58,771 bases of DNA. It comes from Deltaproteobacteria bacterium (GTDB lineage: Bacteria; Myxococcota; UBA727; VGSZ01). This document shows positions 21,588-31,323 of the stretch, piece after piece. Under the pieces are notes generated by a model, which did no database searches, had not been told where the DNA came from, and worked only from the letters and a program-made list of their open reading frames with translations. The stretch is taken from contig VGSZ01000005.1 in NCBI GenBank assembly GCA_016874845.1, positions 1-58,771 of the forward strand. The letters are read 5' to 3'. Within the stretch, counting starts at the first letter, position 1, and each line of letters starts with the position of its first letter. The position numbers were made by a program, and so were the translations under genes.

Positions 21588-23033
21588 TTGGTGGATTGCG
21601 CGTCGTGTGGAGCGTTCGAGCCGACGAAGACCCGCTGCGAGGTCTGCGGCTTCGCCTTTCCCGCGGACGGTGACGCCGCCCCTCTTGCGGCCTTCTTCGG
21701 CCTCGTCTGCACCGCCTGCGACACCTACAACGACTCCGGCGCCGTCCGCTGCGTCGCGTGCGCCGCACCCTTGGACGACGAAGACGCCGCCGTCGCCGCG
21801 CCGCCCGCGTCGCCCGTATCGCCCGCTGCGCCGCCCGCGTCGCCAGTTGCGCCGCCCGTGTCGCCAGTTGCGCCGCCCGTGTCGCCAGTTGCGCCGCCCG
21901 TGTCGCCAGTTGCGCCGCCCGCTGCGCCGCCCTCGCTGTCCTTTGCCTCGCCTTTGCCCGCGTGGTCGGCGCCGCTGCCTTCCACGTCGGCGGCGCCGAC
22001 CTTCGCGCCATCGCCCGCCGCGCGTCCGTTCCCGTCGCCGCCGCTGCCGCCGCTGCCGCCGTTGGCCGCGCCGTCGGGCGGCGCGTCGACCTCGGCGGGC
22101 GTGCCCTGCTGGCGCTGCTCGACCACCACGGGACCCGGCGACAAGTTCTGTCGCCACTGCGGCGCCCGCGTCGACGCCGCCCCCGCCCCGCCCGGCGCCG
22201 CCGGGAGCGCGACCCAGGTGATCCCCGCGGCGCGCCCCGTCAGCGTCGTCCCTGCCGCCGCCCTTGGCGCCCTCGCCCCGCCCGCGCCGGCGGCGCTGCC
22301 TGCGCCGTCGGCCCCCGCCGCCGCGGCGCCGTCGCCGACGATGTTCTTCGGCGCCGTCACCGTCGAGCGGTCGGCCAAGCTGATTCTCGTGCGCGGCCAC
22401 ACGCAGTTCGGCACACAGTGGCGCCTGCAGGCCGGCGAGACCGCCCTGGGGCGCAACAGCGGCGTCGTGCTCTTTCCCGACGACAACGCCCTCGCCGACC
22501 GCCACGCCCGCCTCGTCTTCCGCGGCGCCGACCTCTTCGTCGAACCGCTGCCGAGCACCAACGGCGTGTTCATCCGCCTGCGCGAGCCCGCGCGCCTGCA
22601 CCAGGGCGACGAGTTCATCGTCGGCGCCCAGCGCCTGCGCCTGCTGCACGACCACGAGCGCCCCGTCGCCGCCTCCGCCGTCGTGGACGCCGCCGGCACG
22701 CACCTGCAGGGCAGCGCCGTGCGCCCCGGCCAGTCCACCCTCGCCCTCGCGCGCATCACGTCCGATCCGACCCACACCGAGGTCTATGTGCGGTACCAGC
22801 GGCTGCTGACCCTCGGGCGGACCACCTGCGACGTGAACTTCGCCGCTGACGGCTTCGTCTCCGAGCGCCACGCCCAGCTGACCCAGGTGGGCGACCACGT
22901 CCTGCTCGAGGACCTGAAGAGCCGCAACGGCACCTACGCCCGCGTCTCGGGCCCCTGGAAGCTCGCCCACGGCGACCTGCTGCTCGCTGGCGAGCAGGTC
23001 CTGCGCGTCGAGCTGAACACGCCGCGCGGCTGA
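21588..23033 (+). CDS. Zinc-ribbon plus double FHA domain protein
   Basis: Six CxxC motifs; two FHA domains (LGRNSG..LADRHA..STNGVF and LGRTTC..VSERHA..SRNGTY); Pro-rich linker. Confidence 0.9.
   Translation: MVDCASCGAFEPTKTRCEVCGFAFPADGDAAPLAAFFGLVCTACDTYNDSGAVRCVACAAPLDDEDAAVAAPPASPVSPAAPPASPVAPPVSPVAPPVSPVAPPVSPVAPPAAPPSLSFASPLPAWSAPLPSTSAAPTFAPSPAARPFPSPPLPPLPPLAAPSGGASTSAGVPCWRCSTTTGPGDKFCRHCGARVDAAPAPPGAAGSATQVIPAARPVSVVPAAALGALAPPAPAALPAPSAPAAAAPSPTMFFGAVTVERSAKLILVRGHTQFGTQWRLQAGETALGRNSGVVLFPDDNALADRHARLVFRGADLFVEPLPSTNGVFIRLREPARLHQGDEFIVGAQRLRLLHDHERPVAASAVVDAAGTHLQGSAVRPGQSTLALARITSDPTHTEVYVRYQRLLTLGRTTCDVNFAADGFVSERHAQLTQVGDHVLLEDLKSRNGTYARVSGPWKLAHGDLLLAGEQVLRVELNTPRG
21797..21921. 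repeat. 21-bp tandem repeat encoding (APPVSPV)n
   Basis: gcgccgcccgtgtcgccagtt, about 5 copies. Confidence 0.85.
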
Positions 23034-23058
23034 GGCCGGGGCGGCCCCCGAGGTCCCA

Positions 23059-25179
23059 ATGTCTGCGCACCCCATCCCCCCCGTGCTCCGTGTCGGCGAG
23101 ACCTTCGCCGAGCGCTACGTCGTCGAAGAGCAGTTGGGCACCGGCGGGATGGGCGCCGTCTACCGGGTGCTCGACACCTTCGTCGGCGAGAACATCGCGC
23201 TGAAGCTCGCGGCCATCGACAGCGCCGACCCGGTGCGCGCCGAGCGCCTGTGGGAGCTGCAGCGCGGCGAGGTGACGATGGCGCGTCGCGTGGCGCACCC
23301 GCACGTCGCGCGCGTCTTCGACCTCGGCCGCCACGACGGCATCCCCTACCTGACGATGGCCTATGTCCCGGGCCCGACGCTGCGGGGGGCGCTGCGCGCG
23401 GGGGCGCTCACGACCCTCGACATCGCCCGGCTCGGCCACGACATCGCCTCGGCCCTCGCCGCTGCCCACGCCGCCGGCGTGCTGCACCTCGACCTCAAGC
23501 CCGAGAACGTCGTCCTGACCGGCGGCGCGACCCCCGTCGCGGTGCTCGTCGACTTCGGCATCGCGCGCGCGCTCGGCACCGCGAGCTCGGGCATGGGCAC
23601 CGCCGACTACATCTCGCCCGAGCAGCTCGAGCGCAGCTCGCTGACCGGCGCCGCCGACGTGTTCGCGCTCGGCTGCGTGCTGCACGAGGCCTTGAGCGGA
23701 CGGCACGCCTTCACCGGCCGCTCGCGGCGCGAGCGGATGCTGGCCCGGCTGGACGCCGACCCGCGCGCGCTGCCCGACGACGTCCCCGCCGGGCTGGCGG
23801 CGCTCGTGCGTCGTTGCCTTGCCCGCGAGCCGGGGGAGCGGCCCACGGCCGCGTTCCTCGAGCGCGCCTTCGCCGAACAGGGGCTCGCCCTCGACCCCCA
23901 AAGCGGCCCGTCGCCGACGTCGGGGACGTCGGGGACGTTGGGGACGTCGGGGACGTCGGCCCGTCGCGTCGACCTCGGCGCCTTCGGCGGTGGTCTGGGC
24001 CGGCGCCTCGCCACCGCGCGGCGCAAGCTGCTGCGCATGGGCGGCGAGGACGAGAGCCTGGCCGAGATCGAGTCGGTCCTCGCCGTCGAGCCGCGCCTCG
24101 ACGTAGGGCTGGCGCTGCGGGCGCTGGCGTTGGTGCGGCTGTGGCACCGCAGCGGGGTGCACACCGACGCCGAGCGGCACGCCCTCGCCGAGCGCGCCGC
24201 CGCCGCCGTCGCCGACGCCGTCGCCGCGGCCTCGCACCTGGCCGACACCCACCTGGCCGACGCGTTGATCGCCGACTACGGCGGCGACATCGCCTACGCG
24301 GTGCGCGCGCTGCGCCGGGCGCAGACGCTCGAGCCGTTGCACGCGTTCAGCCACGAGGTCCTCGGGCGCATCGAGCTCGAGGGCAACGTCGGCGGCGTCG
24401 ACCGGTTGCTGCTCGCCCACGACCTCGACGCCGGCCAGCTGGGCGCGCTGGCGACGGCGGCACGCGAGCACTTCCTGACCGGTCGCGACGACGAGGGCGA
24501 GGCGCTGCTGGCCGTCGTCGAGGCCGGCCAGCACGGGCGGCACCTCGACGCCACCGCGTTGCGGATGCGGCTGTGCCTTTGGCGGCGCGATCGGGCGCAG
24601 GCGCGTCGACTGCAACTGCTGGTGGGGCCGCCCGGGCTGGTCGCGCTTCGGGTCCTGCAGGCCGGACTCGGCGTCCTGATCGGCGAGACCAGCGTCGATG
24701 CGCTCATCGAGGCCGCCGCCGACGCGGCGCAGCGGACCGCCAGCCCCAAGCGCAAGAGCCACATCCACCAGCTCGCCGCGGAGGCGCTGGCTGCCGTCGC
24801 GCCCGACGAGGCCATCCGCCATCTGGTCAGCTGCGCGCGCCAACCGCTGTCGGACCTCCGCTGGCTCGACGCCTGCCCCGCGCTCGACCCGCTGCGCGGC
24901 AGCCTGGCCTTCGTCGAGGCCCGCGGCGTCGTCCAGCAGCGCGTCGATCGCGCCTTCGCCGTCGAGCGCGTCGTCGAGGCGGTCCGCTTCCGCTCGGCGC
25001 AAGGCGCGCCCCTCGGCAGCCAGCCGCAGTTCGTCGCGCTCGACACGGTGACCGTGCAGCCGATGGGGTCGTCGCAGGCCCCCACCGGGACGCTCGTCGA
25101 CCTGGACGACGACGGCGACGACGACGACGCTGCCGCCGCCGCGACCCGCCGGGTCCGCTCCGCGAAGCCCAACCGCTGA
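23059..25179 (+). CDS. Ser/Thr protein kinase (non-RD) with helical TPR-like C-terminus
   Basis: LGTGGMGAVY, IALK, HLDLKPEN, DFGIA, GTADYISPEQ; no TM segment. Confidence 0.9.
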   Translation: MSAHPIPPVLRVGETFAERYVVEEQLGTGGMGAVYRVLDTFVGENIALKLAAIDSADPVRAERLWELQRGEVTMARRVAHPHVARVFDLGRHDGIPYLTMAYVPGPTLRGALRAGALTTLDIARLGHDIASALAAAHAAGVLHLDLKPENVVLTGGATPVAVLVDFGIARALGTASSGMGTADYISPEQLERSSLTGAADVFALGCVLHEALSGRHAFTGRSRRERMLARLDADPRALPDDVPAGLAALVRRCLAREPGERPTAAFLERAFAEQGLALDPQSGPSPTSGTSGTLGTSGTSARRVDLGAFGGGLGRRLATARRKLLRMGGEDESLAEIESVLAVEPRLDVGLALRALALVRLWHRSGVHTDAERHALAERAAAAVADAVAAASHLADTHLADALIADYGGDIAYAVRALRRAQTLEPLHAFSHEVLGRIELEGNVGGVDRLLLAHDLDAGQLGALATAAREHFLTGRDDEGEALLAVVEAGQHGRHLDATALRMRLCLWRRDRAQARRLQLLVGPPGLVALRVLQAGLGVLIGETSVDALIEAAADAAQRTASPKRKSHIHQLAAEALAAVAPDEAIRHLVSCARQPLSDLRWLDACPALDPLRGSLAFVEARGVVQQRVDRAFAVERVVEAVRFRSAQGAPLGSQPQFVALDTVTVQPMGSSQAPTGTLVDLDDDGDDDDAAAAATRRVRSAKPNR

Positions 25180-25239
25180 GCACCGCCGCGCACCGTCGCC
25201 GAGCACCGCCGCCGAGCACCGTCGCCGCGCATTGCCGCC
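25178..25239. repeat. ~13-bp tandem repeat (gagcaccgYcgcc), about 5 copies
   Basis: Read directly after the kinase stop codon. Confidence 0.7.
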
Positions 25240-25399
25240 GGGCCGCGCGCGGCGTGCTCGGCCGCCTTTGATCTGGACAAGACCGCTTCTTCTCGGCCGA
25301 CCCATCCGCCCCACGACGGATGCGGCGCACCGCCGTCGGCCGCGCCGCCGACATCCCGGGTGTCCGATGTTGTCCTACATCTTCGCCCCGGAGCCTGAG

Positions 25400-27238
25400 A
25401 TGACCACCGTGAGCCGCCCGCAGCCCGCCCGCGTGACGCCTGCCGCCGTGACCGTGGCTCCCGTGTCGACGACGACCACCACGGCGCCGCGCGCGCCGAC
25501 GACCACGACGCCGGCGGCCACGTTCTCGTCGTCGTCGTCGTCCCCGACGTTGCCGCCGTTGCCGTCCGAGCGCTGGGCGCGCCCGGGGCTCGCGCCCTGG
25601 CAGAGCCGCACCGCCGCCGTCGACGTCGCCCCGCAGGATGGGCTGCCCAAGGAGGTGCCGGGCTGGCTGCGCAAGCTGATGCGCCAGTGGGCCGACACGC
25701 CGGTCTTGCCCGAGCTGCTGCGGCCGCAGATCCCGCAGCTGAAGGAGGCGAAGAACCCCGGTGGCCTCGACCGCCTGCCGCCGGGCACGAAGCGGGAGGT
25801 GCTGATCGTCGGCGCTGGTCTGGCCGGCATGTCGGCGGCCCTCGAGCTCGCCGAGCGCGGCTACCAAGTCACGCTACGCGACCAGGGCGACGTCGTCGGC
25901 GGCCGCCTCGCCACGCCCACCGTCGACACCGGCGGCGCCGGAACGTTCAAGGTCGAGCACGGCCTGCACATGTGGTTCGACAACTACTTCGTCTTCAAGG
26001 ACATCCGCAGCCGGCTGGGCATCGACCACCACTTCCGCCCCTACGACGTCGTCGACTTCCAGTTCCGCGACTACAAGCCTGAGACCCTGACGTCGCGGCC
26101 GCCGGTCTATCCGCTCAACATGGTGGCGCTGCTGCAGCGCTCGCCGAACCTCGCCATCCTCGACGCACTCGAGCAGTTCCGCGGCCTGCTCGAGGTCATG
26201 AACTACGACCACGATAAGATGCAGGCGAAGTACGACGGCGTCACCTTCGCCGACTGGGCGAAGCAGAAGGGCATCAGCAAGAAGTTCTACGAGCTGATCC
26301 TCGAGCCCGCCGCCAGCGTCACGCTGAACGACCCCGACAAGATCTCGGCCGCCGAGATGCTGCAGATGATGCACGCCTACTTCATCAGCCAGCCGCGGGC
26401 GATGAACCGCGAGGTCACGACCACCGACCACGCCACCGCCGTGCTCGAGCCGTGGCAGCAGCGCCTGCAGGACCTCGGCGTCAAGGTCGAGACCAACCAC
26501 GTCACCCGCGGCCTGCGGTTCGAAGGCGGCAAGGCCAAAGGCGAGGTCGGCGAGGCCAAGGACTATGACTTCGTCGTCGTGGCGACGTCGGTGCCGGGCA
26601 CGAAGAAGCTGCTGCAGGGCTCCGTCGCCGACGCCGCCTCCGCCGCCGAGCTCGCCAAGCTGCGCGCGGTGGCCGACCCGCTGCAGACGGCGCCGCCGTA
26701 CCACGTGCTGCGCGTCTGGCTCGACCAGGCGCCGCCGCCGGGCACGCCCGACGTCATCGAGAGCCCGCAGCACAAGCCCATCCACCTGTACTGCTTCACG
26801 AGCCAGCTCGAGGACGAGAGCGCCGAGTACGCGCGCCGCACCGGCGGCTCGGTGGTCGAGCTGCACCTCTACGACACCCCCGAGCTCGCGGGCCTCACCA
26901 AGGAGCAGATCTGGGACAAGGTGAAGGGCACCTTCGCCGAGCTGCAGCCCACGCTGAAGGAGGCCAACGTGCGCGGCATGGTCCTCGGCCGCCACCACGA
27001 CTTCACGTCGTACGAGACCGGCCAGACGAAGGCCCGCCCCGCCCCCGACGCCCCCGCCGCCGCCGGCGTCGACAACCTCGCCTTCGCCGGCGACTGGGTG
27101 AAGACCGACTACCCGTCGGCGCTGATGGAGCGCGCGGTGGCCACGGGCCGCGAGGCCGCCAACGTCGCGCTGCTGCGGGACGACGTCCGCCAGGTTGACG
27201 TGCCCCACCTGCGCACCCGTGGCCCCGGCTTCCTCTGA
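25400..27238 (+). CDS. FAD-dependent oxidoreductase, carotenoid desaturase/CrtU-like (amine oxidase family)
   Basis: IVGAGLAGMSAA, GGR, VEHGLHMWFDNY, FAGDWVKT..MERAVATGREAAN; start uncertain (ATG 25400). Confidence 0.85.
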   Translation: MTTVSRPQPARVTPAAVTVAPVSTTTTTAPRAPTTTTPAATFSSSSSSPTLPPLPSERWARPGLAPWQSRTAAVDVAPQDGLPKEVPGWLRKLMRQWADTPVLPELLRPQIPQLKEAKNPGGLDRLPPGTKREVLIVGAGLAGMSAALELAERGYQVTLRDQGDVVGGRLATPTVDTGGAGTFKVEHGLHMWFDNYFVFKDIRSRLGIDHHFRPYDVVDFQFRDYKPETLTSRPPVYPLNMVALLQRSPNLAILDALEQFRGLLEVMNYDHDKMQAKYDGVTFADWAKQKGISKKFYELILEPAASVTLNDPDKISAAEMLQMMHAYFISQPRAMNREVTTTDHATAVLEPWQQRLQDLGVKVETNHVTRGLRFEGGKAKGEVGEAKDYDFVVVATSVPGTKKLLQGSVADAASAAELAKLRAVADPLQTAPPYHVLRVWLDQAPPPGTPDVIESPQHKPIHLYCFTSQLEDESAEYARRTGGSVVELHLYDTPELAGLTKEQIWDKVKGTFAELQPTLKEANVRGMVLGRHHDFTSYETGQTKARPAPDAPAAAGVDNLAFAGDWVKTDYPSALMERAVATGREAANVALLRDDVRQVDVPHLRTRGPGFL

Positions 27239-27428
27239 CGACGACGTGATCGCCAGATGCCGTCTGCCGCCGCCGAGCCCTGAAGCTGCGCCGAACCGTG
27301 TCTCCGCGGACAGGCGAATCGACTCGCGCGCCGCAGCCAGAACCGACGACCAAGAGGTTCCGACCGCGTGCGGGGCCCGGGTCCAAGGAACGGGGAACAG
27401 CGCCGTGCTGGCACTCCGAAAAGGCCCA

Positions 27429-27490
27429 AGGGGTCCAGGGGAGACGTGGCCTGAAGTGGCCATCAGTCTCCCCTGGTCGCGCCGAAGGCG
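27429..27490. repeat. Extragenic palindrome between convergent genes
   Basis: ccaggggagac (27435-27445) / gtctcccctgg (27466-27476), followed by cgccgaaggcg. Confidence 0.65.
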
Positions 27491-27626
27491 AAAGCTCGAC
27501 CAGAGAACCCGCGAGCAGAACGACGACGCCAAAGAAGGCAGCGCCGACAGCGGAGCGCAGCTCGATCAAGCCCTGAGCGCACGGAGCTCGATCAAGGCAG
27601 GGGCGCCGCGAGCCTGCCGAAGGCCG

Positions 27627-29564
27627 TCAGCGGATGGGCTGGAACTCGATCCCGACGGGCGGATAGATGTTGCCAAGGTTCGTGAGCTGCAGCCGCAGGT
27701 CGTGGGCGCCGCCCGGCGGAATCTCGAGCTCGCCGACGACGACGCCGGTGCCACGGGCGTGGACGCGCAGGTTCTTCTGCACGCCGTCCATGCGGATGGG
27801 CAGGGTCAGCATGCCGCCGTCGGGGTTGAAGGCGCCCTCGTAGGAGTGCTTCGGCGACGACATCACGACGCGCACGCGCTGGGGCGCGCGGCCGGGGTTC
27901 TCGAGCCGGTAGCGCAGGTCGTAGGTCATGCCGTAGCCGCCGTCGTTGGTGGTGGCGGCGGCGCCGACGAAGCCCTTGTTGTCGGGCACCTTCGACAGGC
28001 TCTGCAGGTCGGAGCCGTCGAGCGCCTGCTTCTGGCGCGTGCTCATCAACAGCCGCCCGGTGCGCTCGCGGACGTCGACGCGCTCGCTGCCCGAGAACAC
28101 GCTGCCGGCGACGACGCCGTTGGGGCGGCCGAGGCGCTCCTTGTCGGCGCCGGCGAAGTCGCTCTGCCGGTCCTTCAGGCGGAAGCCGGCGCCGGCGGTG
28201 GCGTAGGTGCCCTTCGTGATCGCCGCGAGGTCCTTGTCGTTCAGCTGCTTCTCGGAGGCCACCTGCGCCATGCGGAAGCGCCCGTTGGCCTTCATGTCGA
28301 GCAGCGTGAACACCTCGCCGCCCGGCGCCTGGTAGACGTCGCTGACGACGCGGGTCGCGCCCGGCGGGATGGTCAGCGCCTTCTTCACGTAGCCGTTCTC
28401 GCCGGGGCGGCCGGCCATGTACGACGCCGCGGCGATCCCCTGCGGCCCGCGGAACGCGCCGTTGCGCGCGTAGCTCTCGGGGATGCGACCGTCGGTGCGG
28501 GTGATGCTCTTCGAGAACACCACGCCCTTGATGTGGATGACGAGCGGCTTGTCCGTCGGGTTGTGCACGACGACGCTGTTGTGGATGTTGTGCAGCTTCT
28601 CCTGGCCGAGCTGGCGGCGGGCGCTCGACGTCAGCGTGTTCTGCGTCTGGTTGTTGACGATCGAGTACAGGCGGGCCTTGCCGTCGAAGTCGTGGACGGT
28701 GTTGCCGCTGCGGCCGGCGAGCGGCGCGATGGTGGAGCCGACGAGGCCGAGGGTGTGGATGGTCTCGGGGTTGTCGAAGATCGCCATTGGCGCCGTGCCG
28801 GTCGCCGTCCCCTTCGCCGCCTTCAGGTCGCGGATGCCGAGGACGTCGTTCACGATCACGTTCTTCGTCGACCTCGCCGCCGTCGTCGCCGTCGTCGCCG
28901 GCGCCCGGGTGGCTACCGCCTGGGCGCGCGCGCGGTCCGCCGCCGCCGCCGCGCCGCGCGTCGCCGCCGTCGTCGCCGCCGTCGGCCGCGTCTTCGTCGG
29001 CGCCGCACCGTCGGTCGCCACCAGCGCGCCGAGGGTCTGCGGGCCGGCGACGCCGTCCTGCGCCAGGCCGCGCTGCTGCTGGAACGCGGTGACCGCGGCC
29101 TCGGTCTGCTTGCCGTAGACGCCGTCGACGACGACGCCGGCGCCGTGGTCGTTCAGCCGCTGCTGCAGCCGCCGCACCGCCTCGCCGCCGGCCCCCGGCC
29201 GCAGCACGGTGTCGGCGGGCAGCGCCCGCAGCGCGGCGGCGCGCGGGTCGAGGCGGGCCGCCGTGGCCAGCGCGCCGTGGGTCTGCGGCCCGGCGACGCC
29301 ATCGACGGCCAGGCCGCGATCCCGCTGGAAGCGCTCGAGCGCCGCCCGCGTCGCCGGACCGAAGCGGCCGTCGGCCGCGACGCGGTGCCCGTGCTGGCCG
29401 AGCCGCTGCTGCAGCGCCTTGACCGCCGGGCCGTCGTCACCCTCGCGCAGGGTCGTCGGCGCCTTCGCCGGCGCGACAGCCGTGGCAGACGGCGCCGCCG
29501 GGGCAGGGCGCGACGTCAACGGGGCAGGGGAGACAGGCTTGTTCGAAGGCGTCGTGGGCGACAT
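27627..29564 (-). CDS. Two peptidoglycan-binding (PG_binding_1) domains plus a DUF3370-like domain
   Basis: Two repeats of GxxVxxLQQRL..DGxFGxxTxxAxxxFQxxRGLxxDGVAGPQT; C-terminal HNPTDKP..GRPNGV..GGYGMTYDLRYRLENP resembles DUF3370. Confidence 0.8.
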   Translation of the reverse strand: MSPTTPSNKPVSPAPLTSRPAPAAPSATAVAPAKAPTTLREGDDGPAVKALQQRLGQHGHRVAADGRFGPATRAALERFQRDRGLAVDGVAGPQTHGALATAARLDPRAAALRALPADTVLRPGAGGEAVRRLQQRLNDHGAGVVVDGVYGKQTEAAVTAFQQQRGLAQDGVAGPQTLGALVATDGAAPTKTRPTAATTAATRGAAAAADRARAQAVATRAPATTATTAARSTKNVIVNDVLGIRDLKAAKGTATGTAPMAIFDNPETIHTLGLVGSTIAPLAGRSGNTVHDFDGKARLYSIVNNQTQNTLTSSARRQLGQEKLHNIHNSVVVHNPTDKPLVIHIKGVVFSKSITRTDGRIPESYARNGAFRGPQGIAAASYMAGRPGENGYVKKALTIPPGATRVVSDVYQAPGGEVFTLLDMKANGRFRMAQVASEKQLNDKDLAAITKGTYATAGAGFRLKDRQSDFAGADKERLGRPNGVVAGSVFSGSERVDVRERTGRLLMSTRQKQALDGSDLQSLSKVPDNKGFVGAAATTNDGGYGMTYDLRYRLENPGRAPQRVRVVMSSPKHSYEGAFNPDGGMLTLPIRMDGVQKNLRVHARGTGVVVGELEIPPGGAHDLRLQLTNLGNIYPPVGIEFQPIR

Positions 29565-29691
29565 GCCACGGGTATCGGCCCATGAACGTCGTCGTCGTGT
29601 GATCGCGGTCCATCCAGCATCGGGCGATCATCCGATGAACAACGAGACGGTGCGACGCCGCGCGCCGCGGCGTCGCTGACGCGTCGGCCGC

Positions 29692-31323
29692 TCAAGGCGA
29701 CCTCGAGAGCCCCGCCGCGCCGCCGGTCGTGCCGTCAGCCTTGCCGCCAGGCGCATCGCCGGCGGCGCCAGTCCCCCCGGACACGGGCCACAGGTCGAAC
29801 AGGAAGCGGTGCTCGGCGTCGCCGGCGCCGCCGGACAGCTCGACGACGACGTCGTGGGTCGCCCCGGCGTGGGCGGCGGTGTCCAGCGCCAGCGGCTGCC
29901 AGCCGGTGGTCCACGGCGCCGTGTGCACCAGCTCGAGGCCGGTCCCCGGGACGGTCACCCGCAGCGTCACGGGCTGCTTGTCCGCGCGCTGGGCGCCGAG
30001 GGTCAGGCCCCAATCCGGGATGCCGGCGAAGCCCTGCAGGCTCGCGCCGAGCACCACTTGGGGAAACGTGACCCGCAGCGCGCCGCCGGCGTGCGGCACC
30101 GCCCAGACGCCCTCGCGGTAGCGCTTGCCGGCGAGCTCCGCCGAGCGGGCCACCGCCTGCCAGGGGCGCCGGCTCTCGTCGGGGCAGGTCAGCCGCGGCA
30201 CCAGCCAGCGAAACGGCGGGCCGGGCAGGCGCTTCTTGTTCACGGTGCAGGGCGCGGTCTTGCCGTCGCGCACGCGCTCGACGGTGGCCTCGAGGAGCTT
30301 CTGCGACAGCGCCGGCGGCTGCTCGCCGAGGAACCACGCGTCGACAGGGAACGACGGGTCCAGCGACGGCTGATAGTCTTGATCGTGCTTCCCGCCGGTC
30401 AGCGCGTCGCCGATGATGGCGCCGTTCTCGACGTCGACGGACAGGAACAGCCGCGGGCTCGTGCGCTCGCGGATCCACGGCGACGTCTTGTCGAACGCGA
30501 AGTCGCCGAGCGAGTACACGATCAGCTTGCCGCGGTACCGCTCGACGGGCTGGGCCACATGGGGGTGGTGCCCGATCCACAGGTCGGCGCCGGCGTCCAC
30601 CGCCTTGCGCGCGTCGTTGCGCTGCCAGGCGTCGGGCAGGTGCGACAGCTCCGGCCCGCCGTGGACGCTGACGACGACGACGTCGGCTACCTTGCGCGCC
30701 GCCTTCACGTCGGCGACGACCTGCGCCGCGCTGTAGTTCGACGACATTCGCGGCCAGACGGGGTGCTTGTACTCGTCGCCGTGCTGGTTGTACGCGAGGA
30801 ACGCCACGCGTGTGTTGCCCACCGTGAGGACGACGGGCGTCTGCGCATTCTTGCCATCCTGCTGGATGCCCACAGTGACGACGCCCTGCTCGGCCATCGC
30901 CGCCAGCGTGCTCTCGAACCCCTGTTGGCCGAAGTCCATGGCGTGGTTGTTCGCCACGCTGACGACGTCGATGCCGCTCTCCTTCAAGGCCGCCGCGTGC
31001 TTCGGCTCGGCGCGGATGCGCCAGGTCTTGGCCGTGGCCTCCTCGTCGGTCGAGGCCGACACGACGCACTCGAGGTTGGCGAAGACGAGGTCGGCGTCGT
31101 CGAACGGCTGCTTCATCGCCGCAAACAGCCAGCGCGGATCGCCCCCGCCGACGACGTCGATGCGGCGGCCGACGTCGCGCGCCACCGAGGTGTCGCCGAC
31201 GAACAGCAGGCGCGCCCGCGTCTTGCCGGCGGCGAACGTCGTCGCCGGCGCCGCGGGCTTCGCCGGGCATCCGGTCGCGAGCCCGACGAGCGCCAACGCC
31301 AGCCTAAGAAGTCGAACCCGCAT
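29692..31323 (-). CDS. CapA/PgsA-family metallophosphoesterase lipoprotein with extra C-terminal domain
   Basis: FVGD, FANLE, SVANNHAMDFG, VSVHGG, IGHHPHV, YSLGDF; lipobox LATG-C. Confidence 0.9.
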   Translation of the reverse strand: MRVRLLRLALALVGLATGCPAKPAAPATTFAAGKTRARLLFVGDTSVARDVGRRIDVVGGGDPRWLFAAMKQPFDDADLVFANLECVVSASTDEEATAKTWRIRAEPKHAAALKESGIDVVSVANNHAMDFGQQGFESTLAAMAEQGVVTVGIQQDGKNAQTPVVLTVGNTRVAFLAYNQHGDEYKHPVWPRMSSNYSAAQVVADVKAARKVADVVVVSVHGGPELSHLPDAWQRNDARKAVDAGADLWIGHHPHVAQPVERYRGKLIVYSLGDFAFDKTSPWIRERTSPRLFLSVDVENGAIIGDALTGGKHDQDYQPSLDPSFPVDAWFLGEQPPALSQKLLEATVERVRDGKTAPCTVNKKRLPGPPFRWLVPRLTCPDESRRPWQAVARSAELAGKRYREGVWAVPHAGGALRVTFPQVVLGASLQGFAGIPDWGLTLGAQRADKQPVTLRVTVPGTGLELVHTAPWTTGWQPLALDTAAHAGATHDVVVELSGGAGDAEHRFLFDLWPVSGGTGAAGDAPGGKADGTTGGAAGLSRSP

